In this document: positions 39,826 to 51,175 of the stretch, piece by piece
Position numbering within the stretch: position 1 is the first letter of the stretch
How the letters are laid out: the number at the start of each line of letters is the position of its first letter
Source: Phycisphaerales bacterium
Lineage (GTDB): Bacteria; Planctomycetota; Phycisphaerae; Phycisphaerales; UBA1924
DNA length: 64,000 bases
Reading direction: 5' to 3'
NCBI GenBank assembly: GCA_020846975.1
Contig: JADLCX010000022.1
Span: 30,104 to 94,103 of the forward strand
Program-made: the position numbers and the translations under genes
Notes under the pieces: generated by a model
Seen by the model: only the letters and a program-made list of their open reading frames with translations
Told to the model about the DNA's origin: nothing
Databases searched by the model: none

Positions 39826-41625
39826 GTGACTCGAGGCGAGGTGCAGATCGTGGTGGCGCAACTGCTCGTGATCGTGGCCGCGGCTACCGCCGGCTGCGCA
39901 CGAGAGGTCACCTCGATGCCTGTCGCGGCCGCACCGATCGCGGCAGGCGGTGAGGTCTGGGCGGTCGCTGGCCGGGCGGTGGCTGTTCCGATGGCCGCCG
40001 GCTCTGTGTTGCCCTCGACGGAGCGAGTGCGAATCACGCGGCCGGATGGAGCGGTGGGGCAGGCGACGGTCTGGCGGGTTGATCGATCAGTTGTGGGGGG
40101 TGACGCGGGCTGGTTGGGCTCGGTTTGGAAGTGGAGCGCAAAACCCGCTGGCTCGCGAACATCGGCCGGAGTAAGTGAGTCGGCCTGGGCCGTCATTCCA
40201 CCGGAGTTGACATCGGGTTTGATGGGGAGATCGGAGGAGGAACGGCATGGCGGGCGTTGGCGCGTGGGCGACTCAACCGTGCGCATCCGGGTGATCGAGC
40301 GGTGTGAGGCCAACGAGGCATCAACTCGATTCCAAGCTGTCCAGGATGAGGACGGTGCGCTGCGCCATGCCCTCCTGCCAGCCCTCGCCTCGCCATTTAC
40401 CGCCTGGCGAGCCCGGATGACACTGGGTGACGCTCAGGTTCCGGGAGGGGCGGATGTCCTCTCGACTATTGACGCGAACGAGACGTACCTCTGGGCTGCC
40501 GCCCTCGATCGTCTGAGTTTGATTGACGATGATCTATCCAGGTCCGTTTTCGGGCGACTGACGAGTCTGGCGGACTTTGGGCTTGGCACTCGACTTCCGG
40601 TGTGGCTGCAGAGCGGGCCGGCATTGGCACAGTTGCGAGCCGACTTGCTCTCCGACGACATCACGGCCGATCAACGATCCGCGCGAGCACGGGCATGGCT
40701 CGACGCCCAGCCTGCGGCCGCGGCATGGGTCTGCGATGATGCCGGACTGCGCGACGCCCGAACCGCCGAGCCGATTTGCACCGTGGCGTTCGTCAACCTG
40801 AGCGACAACCCGGTCTCGGTCTCGGCGGTCGTGGAGGGGTCAAAGGATGCAGCGACGACGACCTCTGCTCCTGAGTTGATGGTGGTGGGGCCTTGGACTG
40901 CTGCGAGGCTCCACGCCCTCGCGCCGACGGGCGCAGCGGGTGGTGAACGCGCCGTTGTGGTGCGTGCGGGCGGTTGGGAAAGGCGATTGCCGGTGTTGTG
41001 CGACGAGATTCTTGCGAGGCCACCCGGTCTGCCGATCGGTCCGTTCGTGCTGGAAATCTCCAGCGACGCGGTCGCCGCCGGAAGCGAGCAGGGGCCGAGT
41101 CTCGCGCCGATTGCGAGGCCTGTGCCACGTGAATGGGCCACGGCGGGGTTGCTGATGAGCGAGCCCGTACGTCGCGATGCGGGCTCCCCTTCGTCCCAAA
41201 CCGAACGGGAAGCGGAATGGACGATCTACCTCGAATGCGCCCACCCCAAGTCGGATTCCGTAGAAGGCGATCGGGTGCGCATCCTGTTCGGTCCGACCGA
41301 AGGAAGCGCGGGAGTTCGCGAGATCGTGATTGAACCCGCTTCCGCGGGGGTTCGCGTTGGTGCCCCACAGACTTCGCCGGATGTGCGGATTGTTCGCCGT
41401 GAAGATCGGTGGGTGTGCTGGGTCCGGGTCCCCGCCGACGCGATCGAAGAGGACGGCCGTTTGAGGCTCGGGCTGGTTCGCGAATCCACGCCCGGACCGA
41501 ATACGGCCGCGATCATCAGTTCATGGCCGCGGCCGATGTTGCCCGGCTCCGCCGCGGGTGGATACGGCCCAGGACGGCTTTGCATCGACCTGACTCAGTG
41601 GTCGCGGGTGGGCGGCGACCGGTAG
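39826..41625 (+). CDS. Hypothetical lipoprotein (~600 aa), no recognised domain
   Basis: GTG start with GGAG about 7 nt upstream. Lipobox-type signal VQIVVAQLLVIVAAATAGC. Coding-like composition throughout. Confidence 0.5.
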   Translation: MTRGEVQIVVAQLLVIVAAATAGCAREVTSMPVAAAPIAAGGEVWAVAGRAVAVPMAAGSVLPSTERVRITRPDGAVGQATVWRVDRSVVGGDAGWLGSVWKWSAKPAGSRTSAGVSESAWAVIPPELTSGLMGRSEEERHGGRWRVGDSTVRIRVIERCEANEASTRFQAVQDEDGALRHALLPALASPFTAWRARMTLGDAQVPGGADVLSTIDANETYLWAAALDRLSLIDDDLSRSVFGRLTSLADFGLGTRLPVWLQSGPALAQLRADLLSDDITADQRSARARAWLDAQPAAAAWVCDDAGLRDARTAEPICTVAFVNLSDNPVSVSAVVEGSKDAATTTSAPELMVVGPWTAARLHALAPTGAAGGERAVVVRAGGWERRLPVLCDEILARPPGLPIGPFVLEISSDAVAAGSEQGPSLAPIARPVPREWATAGLLMSEPVRRDAGSPSSQTEREAEWTIYLECAHPKSDSVEGDRVRILFGPTEGSAGVREIVIEPASAGVRVGAPQTSPDVRIVRREDRWVCWVRVPADAIEEDGRLRLGLVRESTPGPNTAAIISSWPRPMLPGSAAGGYGPGRLCIDLTQWSRVGGDR

Positions 41626-41664
41626 CGCTATCGCGGATCGACGCCGTGAGCGGAGCGGGCTCGG

Positions 41665-42624
41665 TCAGAACTTCAGTTGCACACTCACACCCACGAACGG
41701 TGCGGGCTTGGTGTTGTCTTCGCTGAGCGTATCGCTGCTCTCATCGTCGATCTTGAACTCCTGCCACACGATCGCGCCGCCTTCCAGCGTGACGACCGCG
41801 CCGGAGCACGGTGTCCAATCGAATCCAACCTTTACGGGCACGCGGCGGTCGCGCAGAACGCCGTTCGGGAGCGGGTTGTCGTCGTCGAGGCGAAAGTCAC
41901 GCGACTCGTACGCGCCGGACAGCCAGACCGTCCACCGGTCATCGAGTTTGTTGGCCAGTTTGAGGCCGGTCGCACTCGACGAGAGAGTGAGCGTATCGGT
42001 GATGCTCCAATCGAGACCAAACAGCGGAAGAAAGATCGCGGAGTCTTCGAGCTGGGTCTTGCCGACGATGCCGAAGGTCGTTGCGAACCGCTCATTGAAT
42101 CGGTATCGTGCGCCAAAGTACCCGCCGTAGGTCACGCTGTCGCCGATGTCCGCCTCGGCCTCGCCCGCGAACTGGATCAAACCGCCGCCGACAAGAACCC
42201 AATCCTGGCTCAGCGCGTAGCGGGCGCCGGGCACGATATCCACGCGGTACGCGTCGTCGATCGGCTCGTCGGTCCCGGGAACAAGCCCTGACGCGTTCTT
42301 GAAGTTGTACCAAGACACTTCGGGGATCAGTCCGAGGGAGAAGCCCAGCCGCTGATTGACATTGAGGTTGAACTCCGCATCGAGCGAGGCCCTGGCCACC
42401 GAGACACTGCCCGGCGAGGTCTTGATGTCGGCCGAAAATGCGTACTCGCCGCGTGGCGTCAACGAGACGGTGAAACCACCTTCTGGCGCCGTAAAACGCG
42501 ACGTGATGGGCGTTCCCTGCTGGTCCGGCTGCGTCGCCGGTGGCGGAGACTCGGGCTGTGCCGAGACCGGATTCGCCACGGCGAGGGAAGCGATGAACAG
42601 GGCAAGGCCGTATCTAGACATCAA
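41665..42624 (-). CDS. Outer-membrane beta-barrel protein
   Basis: Signal peptide MMSRYGLALFIASLAVANPVSAQ, alternating hydrophobic beta-strand pattern, terminal ...VSVQLKF. Confidence 0.6.
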   Translation of the reverse strand: MMSRYGLALFIASLAVANPVSAQPESPPPATQPDQQGTPITSRFTAPEGGFTVSLTPRGEYAFSADIKTSPGSVSVARASLDAEFNLNVNQRLGFSLGLIPEVSWYNFKNASGLVPGTDEPIDDAYRVDIVPGARYALSQDWVLVGGGLIQFAGEAEADIGDSVTYGGYFGARYRFNERFATTFGIVGKTQLEDSAIFLPLFGLDWSITDTLTLSSSATGLKLANKLDDRWTVWLSGAYESRDFRLDDDNPLPNGVLRDRRVPVKVGFDWTPCSGAVVTLEGGAIVWQEFKIDDESSDTLSEDNTKPAPFVGVSVQLKF

Positions 42625-42699
42625 GCGTGCTCCGGGCTCGGGTTGATCGAGGAGGACATGGTAACGAGAAAGTCGATGGCACGCACGGTGGGGTTCGGA

Positions 42700-44787
42700 T
42701 CACCCGCGCATTCCGCGTGCGAAGAGGACCCATTCAACCGAGGCGAGGCCGACCCCGATGAGCAGGAACCAGTGCCAGACCTCGCGCTGACCGGGCCTGG
42801 GTTCGTTGGACCATGCACCGGCCACTTCGGGCGGCACGGCCCTCGTAGCATTGGCTGGCGATGGTCGAGGCTGGGGAAGCAAGGTCTCCGAAGAGGCAAG
42901 CAGGTTGATGCAGGCGACCGGCTGTTCGCAGCCACTGAGCCGATAGACCCCCGACCGTGGGAACACGCCGAGGTTCAAAGGCTCCGAAGGTTCGTCCGTC
43001 AGCGGGACCTGCACGCGGGTCACGATCGTGTCGCCGCCCTCGGCGGTGAAGACCAAAACTTCCCGCGCCGACTCGGCCGGGCGGACCACGACGGGCTCCG
43101 AGGTCGTCCAGGAGCGGGCCGACGTCGCGCCACCCAGCCCGGTCAGCGCTTCCACGGCGTTGCTGATGAAGACCGGGAACGAGTGGTCGGGTCCCCAGTT
43201 GCTCCTTGCGAGCGAGAACGACACGACGATCCGGCGCGGTGAATCCGGCTGGCCGGGCGGGCTGAGCGCCGCGATGATCGCGGCGTTGTCCGACGATGCG
43301 GTCGGTCCGAAAGCCAGCGCGACGATGCTCGACGCGGCAGGAGTTTCGGCAGCCGCATCAATGTCTATCGCTGAAGGTGACGGCGCGACCACGATCGAAT
43401 CGAGCGAGACGTAGCGCAGCGCCGGATGGGCGCGACGCCACGTCGAGAACCGAGATGCGCGAAGAGATGATGGATGATCGGTCTTTGTCAGACGCAGGCC
43501 GTCGAGCGGAAGCCCCGCACCGAAGCTGAGAGTTGCCTGCGGCGGAGCCGCCGCGGGCTCGATGCGGTCGAACACGATGAGCTCACACGCTCGCCACGGC
43601 TGGCGGCCGTCGGTGCGGGCCTCCGCGCATTCGCGCTCGTACGCGCCCTGCGTGACCGTTCGGAGCTGCCGCGGCCGCAGGCTCTCGAGTGCGCCGATCA
43701 GGAACGGGTCCGGGTCCGGTTTGTCGCCTGTTGTTGGAGCGACGATCAGGATTGCCGGGCTCGAAGCCGCGTCGATCTGAACCGCGGCGGTGTTGTCCGC
43801 GGCCAGAACGTCGGGCGTATCAATCGTCACGATCAGCGTGCACGCCTCGGCGTGCTTGATCGACAGGCTGACCGGGGCATCGCCGGGCGAGGCCGGTACC
43901 GTAACTTCTCGCGCGAGCGCGAGCTCGCCATCGACCAGCAGCCGCACCGCGAGTGGGCGGGGCTGGGGCGATGCCGATTGCAGCCGGGTGAACACGTGAA
44001 TCGTGCCGGGGTCGGCGCTATCCCGCCGGGCATTCAGCGCGACGATTCCGGCGTTGTCGCGAGCGTTCTGGTCAGTCCCGGTGACGCTGACGAGCCGAGC
44101 CCCGATCGCGGCGGCATCCGCTGGGAGCGGCGCATCCGAGAACGCCACGACTTCCGGGCGCGATTGCTGGATGGACTCTTCGCCCTTCGCCGCCGCAGAC
44201 AGGAGCATCCTGATCGCGGCCGATACTCCGGGCTCGCCGCCTTCGCCGGCCTGGTCCGTCGGCTCGATCGATTCGATCTGATCGATCACCTCGCGCGTGT
44301 CGCTTGTCGGGGCGCACCGAATGCGGCCGTGCCCCGCGGCAGAGACGACCTGAATCATCGGCCGGCCGCCGCTGATCCCCGACGAACGTGCGAGTTGACC
44401 CACGTACTGCCGAGCCCGATGCTTGGCCTCGTCCAGCCTCGTCTTGACATCACCGGTTTCGGCGGCGGAGTAGGCCGCGGACATGCTCGCGGTGTGGTCG
44501 ATGATGATGACCACCTGATCCGCAACCGGCGCCGGCCCTTGAATGGCTGGTCGGGCGAGCGCGATCACGAACGCCGCGAGTGCGGCGAGTTGCAGGAAGA
44601 AGATCACCGACGGTCGCAGCCACCGGAATGGGACATTGACCTGCAAATCTTTGACGGCCTGGTCCCAGAGCAACGTGCTTGACACCCGCAGCGGCCGCCG
44701 CCGGAGTCTGAGCAGGTACAGGATCAGCAGCGTCGGCCCGGCGATGGCCGCGGCGATGAGGCCGGAGTGTGGGTCGATGAAGGTCAT
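42700..44787 (-). CDS. BatA-like membrane protein: N-terminal double-TM domain, VWA domain, C-terminal TM
   Basis: MTFIDPHSGLIAAAIAGPTLLILYLLRLRRRPLRVSSTLLW, VWA MIDAS-like VVIIIDHTASMS, C-terminal helix WHWFLLIGVGLASVEWVLF. The alternative ATG at 44838 overlaps the rlmE stop (ATGA). Confidence 0.75.
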   Translation of the reverse strand: MTFIDPHSGLIAAAIAGPTLLILYLLRLRRRPLRVSSTLLWDQAVKDLQVNVPFRWLRPSVIFFLQLAALAAFVIALARPAIQGPAPVADQVVIIIDHTASMSAAYSAAETGDVKTRLDEAKHRARQYVGQLARSSGISGGRPMIQVVSAAGHGRIRCAPTSDTREVIDQIESIEPTDQAGEGGEPGVSAAIRMLLSAAAKGEESIQQSRPEVVAFSDAPLPADAAAIGARLVSVTGTDQNARDNAGIVALNARRDSADPGTIHVFTRLQSASPQPRPLAVRLLVDGELALAREVTVPASPGDAPVSLSIKHAEACTLIVTIDTPDVLAADNTAAVQIDAASSPAILIVAPTTGDKPDPDPFLIGALESLRPRQLRTVTQGAYERECAEARTDGRQPWRACELIVFDRIEPAAAPPQATLSFGAGLPLDGLRLTKTDHPSSLRASRFSTWRRAHPALRYVSLDSIVVAPSPSAIDIDAAAETPAASSIVALAFGPTASSDNAAIIAALSPPGQPDSPRRIVVSFSLARSNWGPDHSFPVFISNAVEALTGLGGATSARSWTTSEPVVVRPAESAREVLVFTAEGGDTIVTRVQVPLTDEPSEPLNLGVFPRSGVYRLSGCEQPVACINLLASSETLLPQPRPSPANATRAVPPEVAGAWSNEPRPGQREVWHWFLLIGVGLASVEWVLFARGMRG

Positions 44788-44834
44788 TGCGAGAACCGAA
44801 ACCCGGCCATGCCAGTGCGTGGGCGAAACGAGCG

Positions 44835-45530
44835 TCAAACGGGTGGGGTTGCGGATGGGGGAGTGGTAGCCTGGCCTGCCGGTGTGCCGCTCCGTTGCTC
44901 GGTCTGTTTCAGCCCCTTTGCCACGATGAACATTTCTTTGGAGACATCGCGCGTTGCCTCCGGCTTCACGCCCTTGACTTCCTCGAACAAGCGAGAAGTG
45001 TCCTTCAGCAGAGCGGGATACTCCTCGCCTTCAAAGGCCTTCATCACGAGATTGCCGCCGTGACGCAGCATCGCGGGCGCGAGTTCCAGCACGCGCCGGC
45101 ACAACGCCATCGAGCGGAAGTGGTCGCCGTGGCCTTCGGTGAGGGGCATCATGTCGGATAGAACAACGTCGAAGCGTGCAGCCGGCTGTCGGACCGAAAC
45201 GGGTACATGTGCGCCATCGGACATCTGACCGAGCAGGTCCTCGGCTCGGACCTTGAAAACGTCACCGACGATTGTGCGTGCGTTGGGCGGGAGTTCGACG
45301 GCGATCGGGTTCAGGTCGATGCCGATGACAACGCCCTTTGGCCCGACCAACTCCGCGGCCACCTGCACCCAGGACCCCGGCGAGCATCCGAGGTCGAGCA
45401 CCCGGTCGCCCTTGCGGATGATCCGGCGTCGCTCCTGGATCTCCTTGAGTTTGTACGCGGAGCGTGCGGCGTAGCCCTCGGCCTTGGCCAGCTTGAAGAA
45501 CTTGTCGTGGAGCTCGCGCGGCTTGGCCAT
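44835..45530 (-). CDS. rlmE: 23S rRNA (uridine-2'-O)-methyltransferase RlmE/FtsJ
   Basis: AKAEGYAARSAYKLKEIQERRRIIRKGDRVLDLGCSPGSWVQV ... VVLSDMMP. ATG at 45528-45530. Confidence 0.85.
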   Translation of the reverse strand: MAKPRELHDKFFKLAKAEGYAARSAYKLKEIQERRRIIRKGDRVLDLGCSPGSWVQVAAELVGPKGVVIGIDLNPIAVELPPNARTIVGDVFKVRAEDLLGQMSDGAHVPVSVRQPAARFDVVLSDMMPLTEGHGDHFRSMALCRRVLELAPAMLRHGGNLVMKAFEGEEYPALLKDTSRLFEEVKGVKPEATRDVSKEMFIVAKGLKQTEQRSGTPAGQATTPPSATPPV

Positions 45531-45544
45531 GTGGGAGGGTAGGG

Positions 45545-46207
45545 TCAGCGATCGGTGTGCTCTCGCGCCGAACCGGGTGTTTCGCCGCGGACCCGAATGA
45601 TCGAGATGGCGATGATCGCGCCGGTGAGGTTGAACACCAGGTCCCAGGCGTTGTTGTCGTAGTCGCCGACGTTCGTCTTCTCGACGAGCTTGGTCGCTGT
45701 GAACTCGATGACCTCGTTGAATGCTCCCAGGCCGGTCGCTGTCAGCGCGGACGTGATCAGGATCGCGCTGGAGGTGTGCGGCGGAGTGGTGATCGTGCGG
45801 AGGGCCTGCCAGACCACCCACGCTGTGACACCGAAGCCGTAGGCGTGGATCAACTGGTCGTACTTGAGCAGGCCTGGGATAAGCCATAGGTTGTAGAGCA
45901 CGCCGGTCGGCGCTGCAAGAGGTACCATGCCGCCGGCCATGTGAAGAACGGCCCATGCAAACAACGCCCAGAGCGTCCGCTGCGAGAGGTTGACACGGGC
46001 ATGGAGCAGCGTGACGCCGAGAATGATGAGCCCGATCACGACGATGTAGAAGAGAAACTCGTAGCCGCCGGTTGAGACCGCGATGGTGCTCGCCGCGATG
46101 AGGCCGACAGCGCAGAGAATCGCGAGGACAACTTCGCCACGTCGGAGAGGGAGGAGGCCGCGGCGGGCGTGCTCCATGGCTGAGGTGTCCGTGCGTGCCT
46201 CGTTCAT
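45545..46207 (-). CDS. Integral membrane protein, DUF2238/YjdF-like (tentative)
   Basis: Six hydrophobic helices and C-terminal NEVIEFTATKLVEKTNVGDYDNNAWDLVFN. The family call is from memory only. Confidence 0.55.
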   Translation of the reverse strand: MNEARTDTSAMEHARRGLLPLRRGEVVLAILCAVGLIAASTIAVSTGGYEFLFYIVVIGLIILGVTLLHARVNLSQRTLWALFAWAVLHMAGGMVPLAAPTGVLYNLWLIPGLLKYDQLIHAYGFGVTAWVVWQALRTITTPPHTSSAILITSALTATGLGAFNEVIEFTATKLVEKTNVGDYDNNAWDLVFNLTGAIIAISIIRVRGETPGSAREHTDR

Positions 46208-46397
46208 GGTCGCATGATACTGGGACAACCAGAGGAAGTGATCGTCGCCATCCGGCTCGTTGAGGTGAGGAAAACTCGCTTCGTTACGCCATCGCGCCTG
46301 TCGGCAGACCCGGTATCGTGGGCTGTGCGGAGTTTCGTGCTCCCTCCCTCCCTGAGCGAGCGTAGCGGGGTCTCGATGCCATCGGTACGATCGTTCG

Positions 46398-46991
46398 ATG
46401 GGTCGGAAACTGGTGGATGCTCCTGAGATCACCGCTCACGCCTGGGGCTTGCTCTCACGCGGAGCGGACAGTCCGGACTGTGCGATGCACCTGCTGACAC
46501 TCTCGACGGTCACAGCGGATCGAATGCCCGCCGCTCGCCTGATGGTCAACCGGGGCGCCGATCGGGTGTCGGGTCGCCTCTGGTTCCATGCCGATGCCGA
46601 GTCACCGAAGGTCGCCGAGTTGCGCACCTCGCCGTACGCCTGCGTTGTCGGCTACGACCCTTCGGAAGGGATCGAGTTGCGTGTGATGGGCTCGGCGGTG
46701 GTGCACACGCGAGGCCATGTGGCCGACCGGCATTGGGGCCAGTTCGCGAACATTGCGACGTGGATGATCGGCTCGCCGGAGGCGAGGCCGTCGGGGCCCT
46801 ACGCGACCGATCTGCGCCTGCCGCCCGATCCGGACAAACTCATGCACGGACTGACGGCGCGGTCGCGTGAGAGGTTTGCGGTGGTCGAGGTGGTCGCCGA
46901 GACGATCGACTGGCTCCAGGCGGCAGGTTCGGATCAGAAGCGGGCGGTGCTGCGACGATCCGGGCATTGGCGCGCCGAGGTGGTCGGTTGA
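46398..46991 (+). CDS. Pyridoxamine 5'-phosphate oxidase-family (FMN-binding split barrel) protein
   Basis: LLTLSTVTADRMPAARLMVNRGADRVSGRLWFHADAESPKVAELRTSPYACVVGYD ... ELRVMGSA follows the PNPOx-like pattern. Confidence 0.65.
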   Translation: MGRKLVDAPEITAHAWGLLSRGADSPDCAMHLLTLSTVTADRMPAARLMVNRGADRVSGRLWFHADAESPKVAELRTSPYACVVGYDPSEGIELRVMGSAVVHTRGHVADRHWGQFANIATWMIGSPEARPSGPYATDLRLPPDPDKLMHGLTARSRERFAVVEVVAETIDWLQAAGSDQKRAVLRRSGHWRAEVVG

Positions 46992-47051
46992 GTCACGTTG
47001 CCACGGTCTCGCTTGCCCTCGGGCGGTGCCGGCGCGGCTATGGTGCGGCCT

Positions 47052-47729
47052 ATGAATCGCTCGATTCTTGCCGTCTTGACGATCGTGCTGGCCGCGGCGG
47101 TGGTGGGGGGAGCGGGGTGCTCGTCGACGTCCATCGCGCTCCGGGAGAGCGTGCTCGGGCAGGCCAAGCGTGAGCAACTGGTGAACCGCGTATCGGACGC
47201 GAGAGAAGCGCAGGAGGAGGCCAAGCAGCAGTTCGCCTCCGCGCTCGACGAGTTTATCGCGGTGACGGGCGCCGGAGCGGATGCGCAGGTGGCGGACCTG
47301 GAAGCACGCTACAGGAAGCTCAAGTCGTCGTACGAGAAGTCGGAGAGCCGGGCGGGCGCCGTGAGAGACCGGATCTCGAGCGTGGAGCGAGTGGCGGGGG
47401 CGCTCTTCCGGGAGTGGGAGGCGGAGCTGGCACAGTACCAGAGCGCCCAACTGCGGCAGGCGAGCCAGCAGCAGTTGAACGACACGAGAGCGCAGTACGA
47501 CCGGCTGGTCGGTGTGATGAAGCAGGCCGAGGGGAAGATGGGGCCGGTGCTGGCGGCGTTCAAGGACCAGGTGCTCTTCCTCAAGCACAACCTGAACGCC
47601 CGTGCCATCGCGAGCCTGCAGGGGACGGCGACGCAGGTGCAGAACGATGTCGCGGGGCTGATCCGCGAGATGGAGGCCTCGATCGCGGAGGCCGACAGTT
47701 TCATCCGCCAGATGCAGCCCGCGAAGTAG
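47052..47729 (+). CDS. DUF2959-like lipoprotein (tentative)
   Basis: Lipobox signal MNRSILAVLTIVLAAAVVGGAGC followed by a long helical Q/E/A-rich region. The family assignment is from memory only. Confidence 0.55.
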   Translation: MNRSILAVLTIVLAAAVVGGAGCSSTSIALRESVLGQAKREQLVNRVSDAREAQEEAKQQFASALDEFIAVTGAGADAQVADLEARYRKLKSSYEKSESRAGAVRDRISSVERVAGALFREWEAELAQYQSAQLRQASQQQLNDTRAQYDRLVGVMKQAEGKMGPVLAAFKDQVLFLKHNLNARAIASLQGTATQVQNDVAGLIREMEASIAEADSFIRQMQPAK

Positions 47730-47731
47730 GG

Positions 47732-50677
<2,946 letters not shown>

Positions 50678-50706
50678 GGGGGGAGTAGGTTACGCGGGGG
50701 GAGCGA

Positions 50707-50764
50707 GGTGCGTGGCACAGGCTTCGCCGCTTTGGGGTGCGTGGCACAGGCTTCGCCGCTTTGG
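50707..50764. repeat. Exact 29-bp tandem duplication (2 copies) 30 nt upstream of the alaS start codon
   Basis: GGTGCGTGGCACAGGCTTCGCCGCTTTGG at 50707-50735 is repeated identically at 50736-50764. It is followed by GCCTGTGC, the complement of GCACAGGC inside the repeat, and by G10-A-G6 at 50791-50807. Confidence 0.9.
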
Positions 50765-50810
50765 GCGATGCCTGTGCTTTGGGGTGAGCTGGGGGGGGGG
50801 AGGGGGGCGA

Positions 50811-51020
50811 TGCCCGTCATTTCCCGCGCGATGCGGATCATTTCACCTTTGACCCGCGTCATTTTGCTCGCGACCCGCGTCACTTCCCGCGCGAGGCGGA
50901 TCATTTCACTCTTGACCCGCATCATTTCACGCGCGACGCCCGTCATTTCACCTTTGACCCGCGTCATTTTGCTCGCGACGGGCGTTATCCGGGCCGCGGC
51001 GCGCGTTATTCCGCGAGTTC
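50811..51020. repeat. Tandem array of ten 21-bp units (8 well conserved, 2 degenerate), non-coding
   Basis: (G/A)TCAT anchors at 50816, 50837, 50858, 50879, 50900, 50921, 50942 and 50963, with degenerate GTTAT at 50984 and 51005, are all exactly 21 nt apart. The consensus is about CCCGCGTCATTTCacnnncGA. Units 3 and 8 are identical. Confidence 0.9.
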
Positions 51021-51175
51021 CGCGTTTTCTTGGTGATGCGAGTGAAGTCGCCCCCCCGTGTCGTCGATTCACAGAGCGGTCCACCACGCGAATGTCGCGT
51101 GACTGGCAAAGGTTTTTTCCACAGCCATGGAGCTGGGCCTGCGTTCCCGACCCGCTCTCTGACAGGAGTCTCACG

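Noticed and set aside
50811-51020. The tandem 21-bp repeats as a CRISPR array.
   Set aside because: The units are directly adjacent with no unique spacers, they are too short, and no cas genes are present in the window.
50979-51020. TTATCCGGG and TTATTCC in the last two repeat units as DnaA boxes or a replication origin.
   Set aside because: They only partially match TTATCCACA. There is no AT-rich unwinding element, and no dnaA, dnaN or gidA context. They are better explained as decayed copies of the 21-bp unit.
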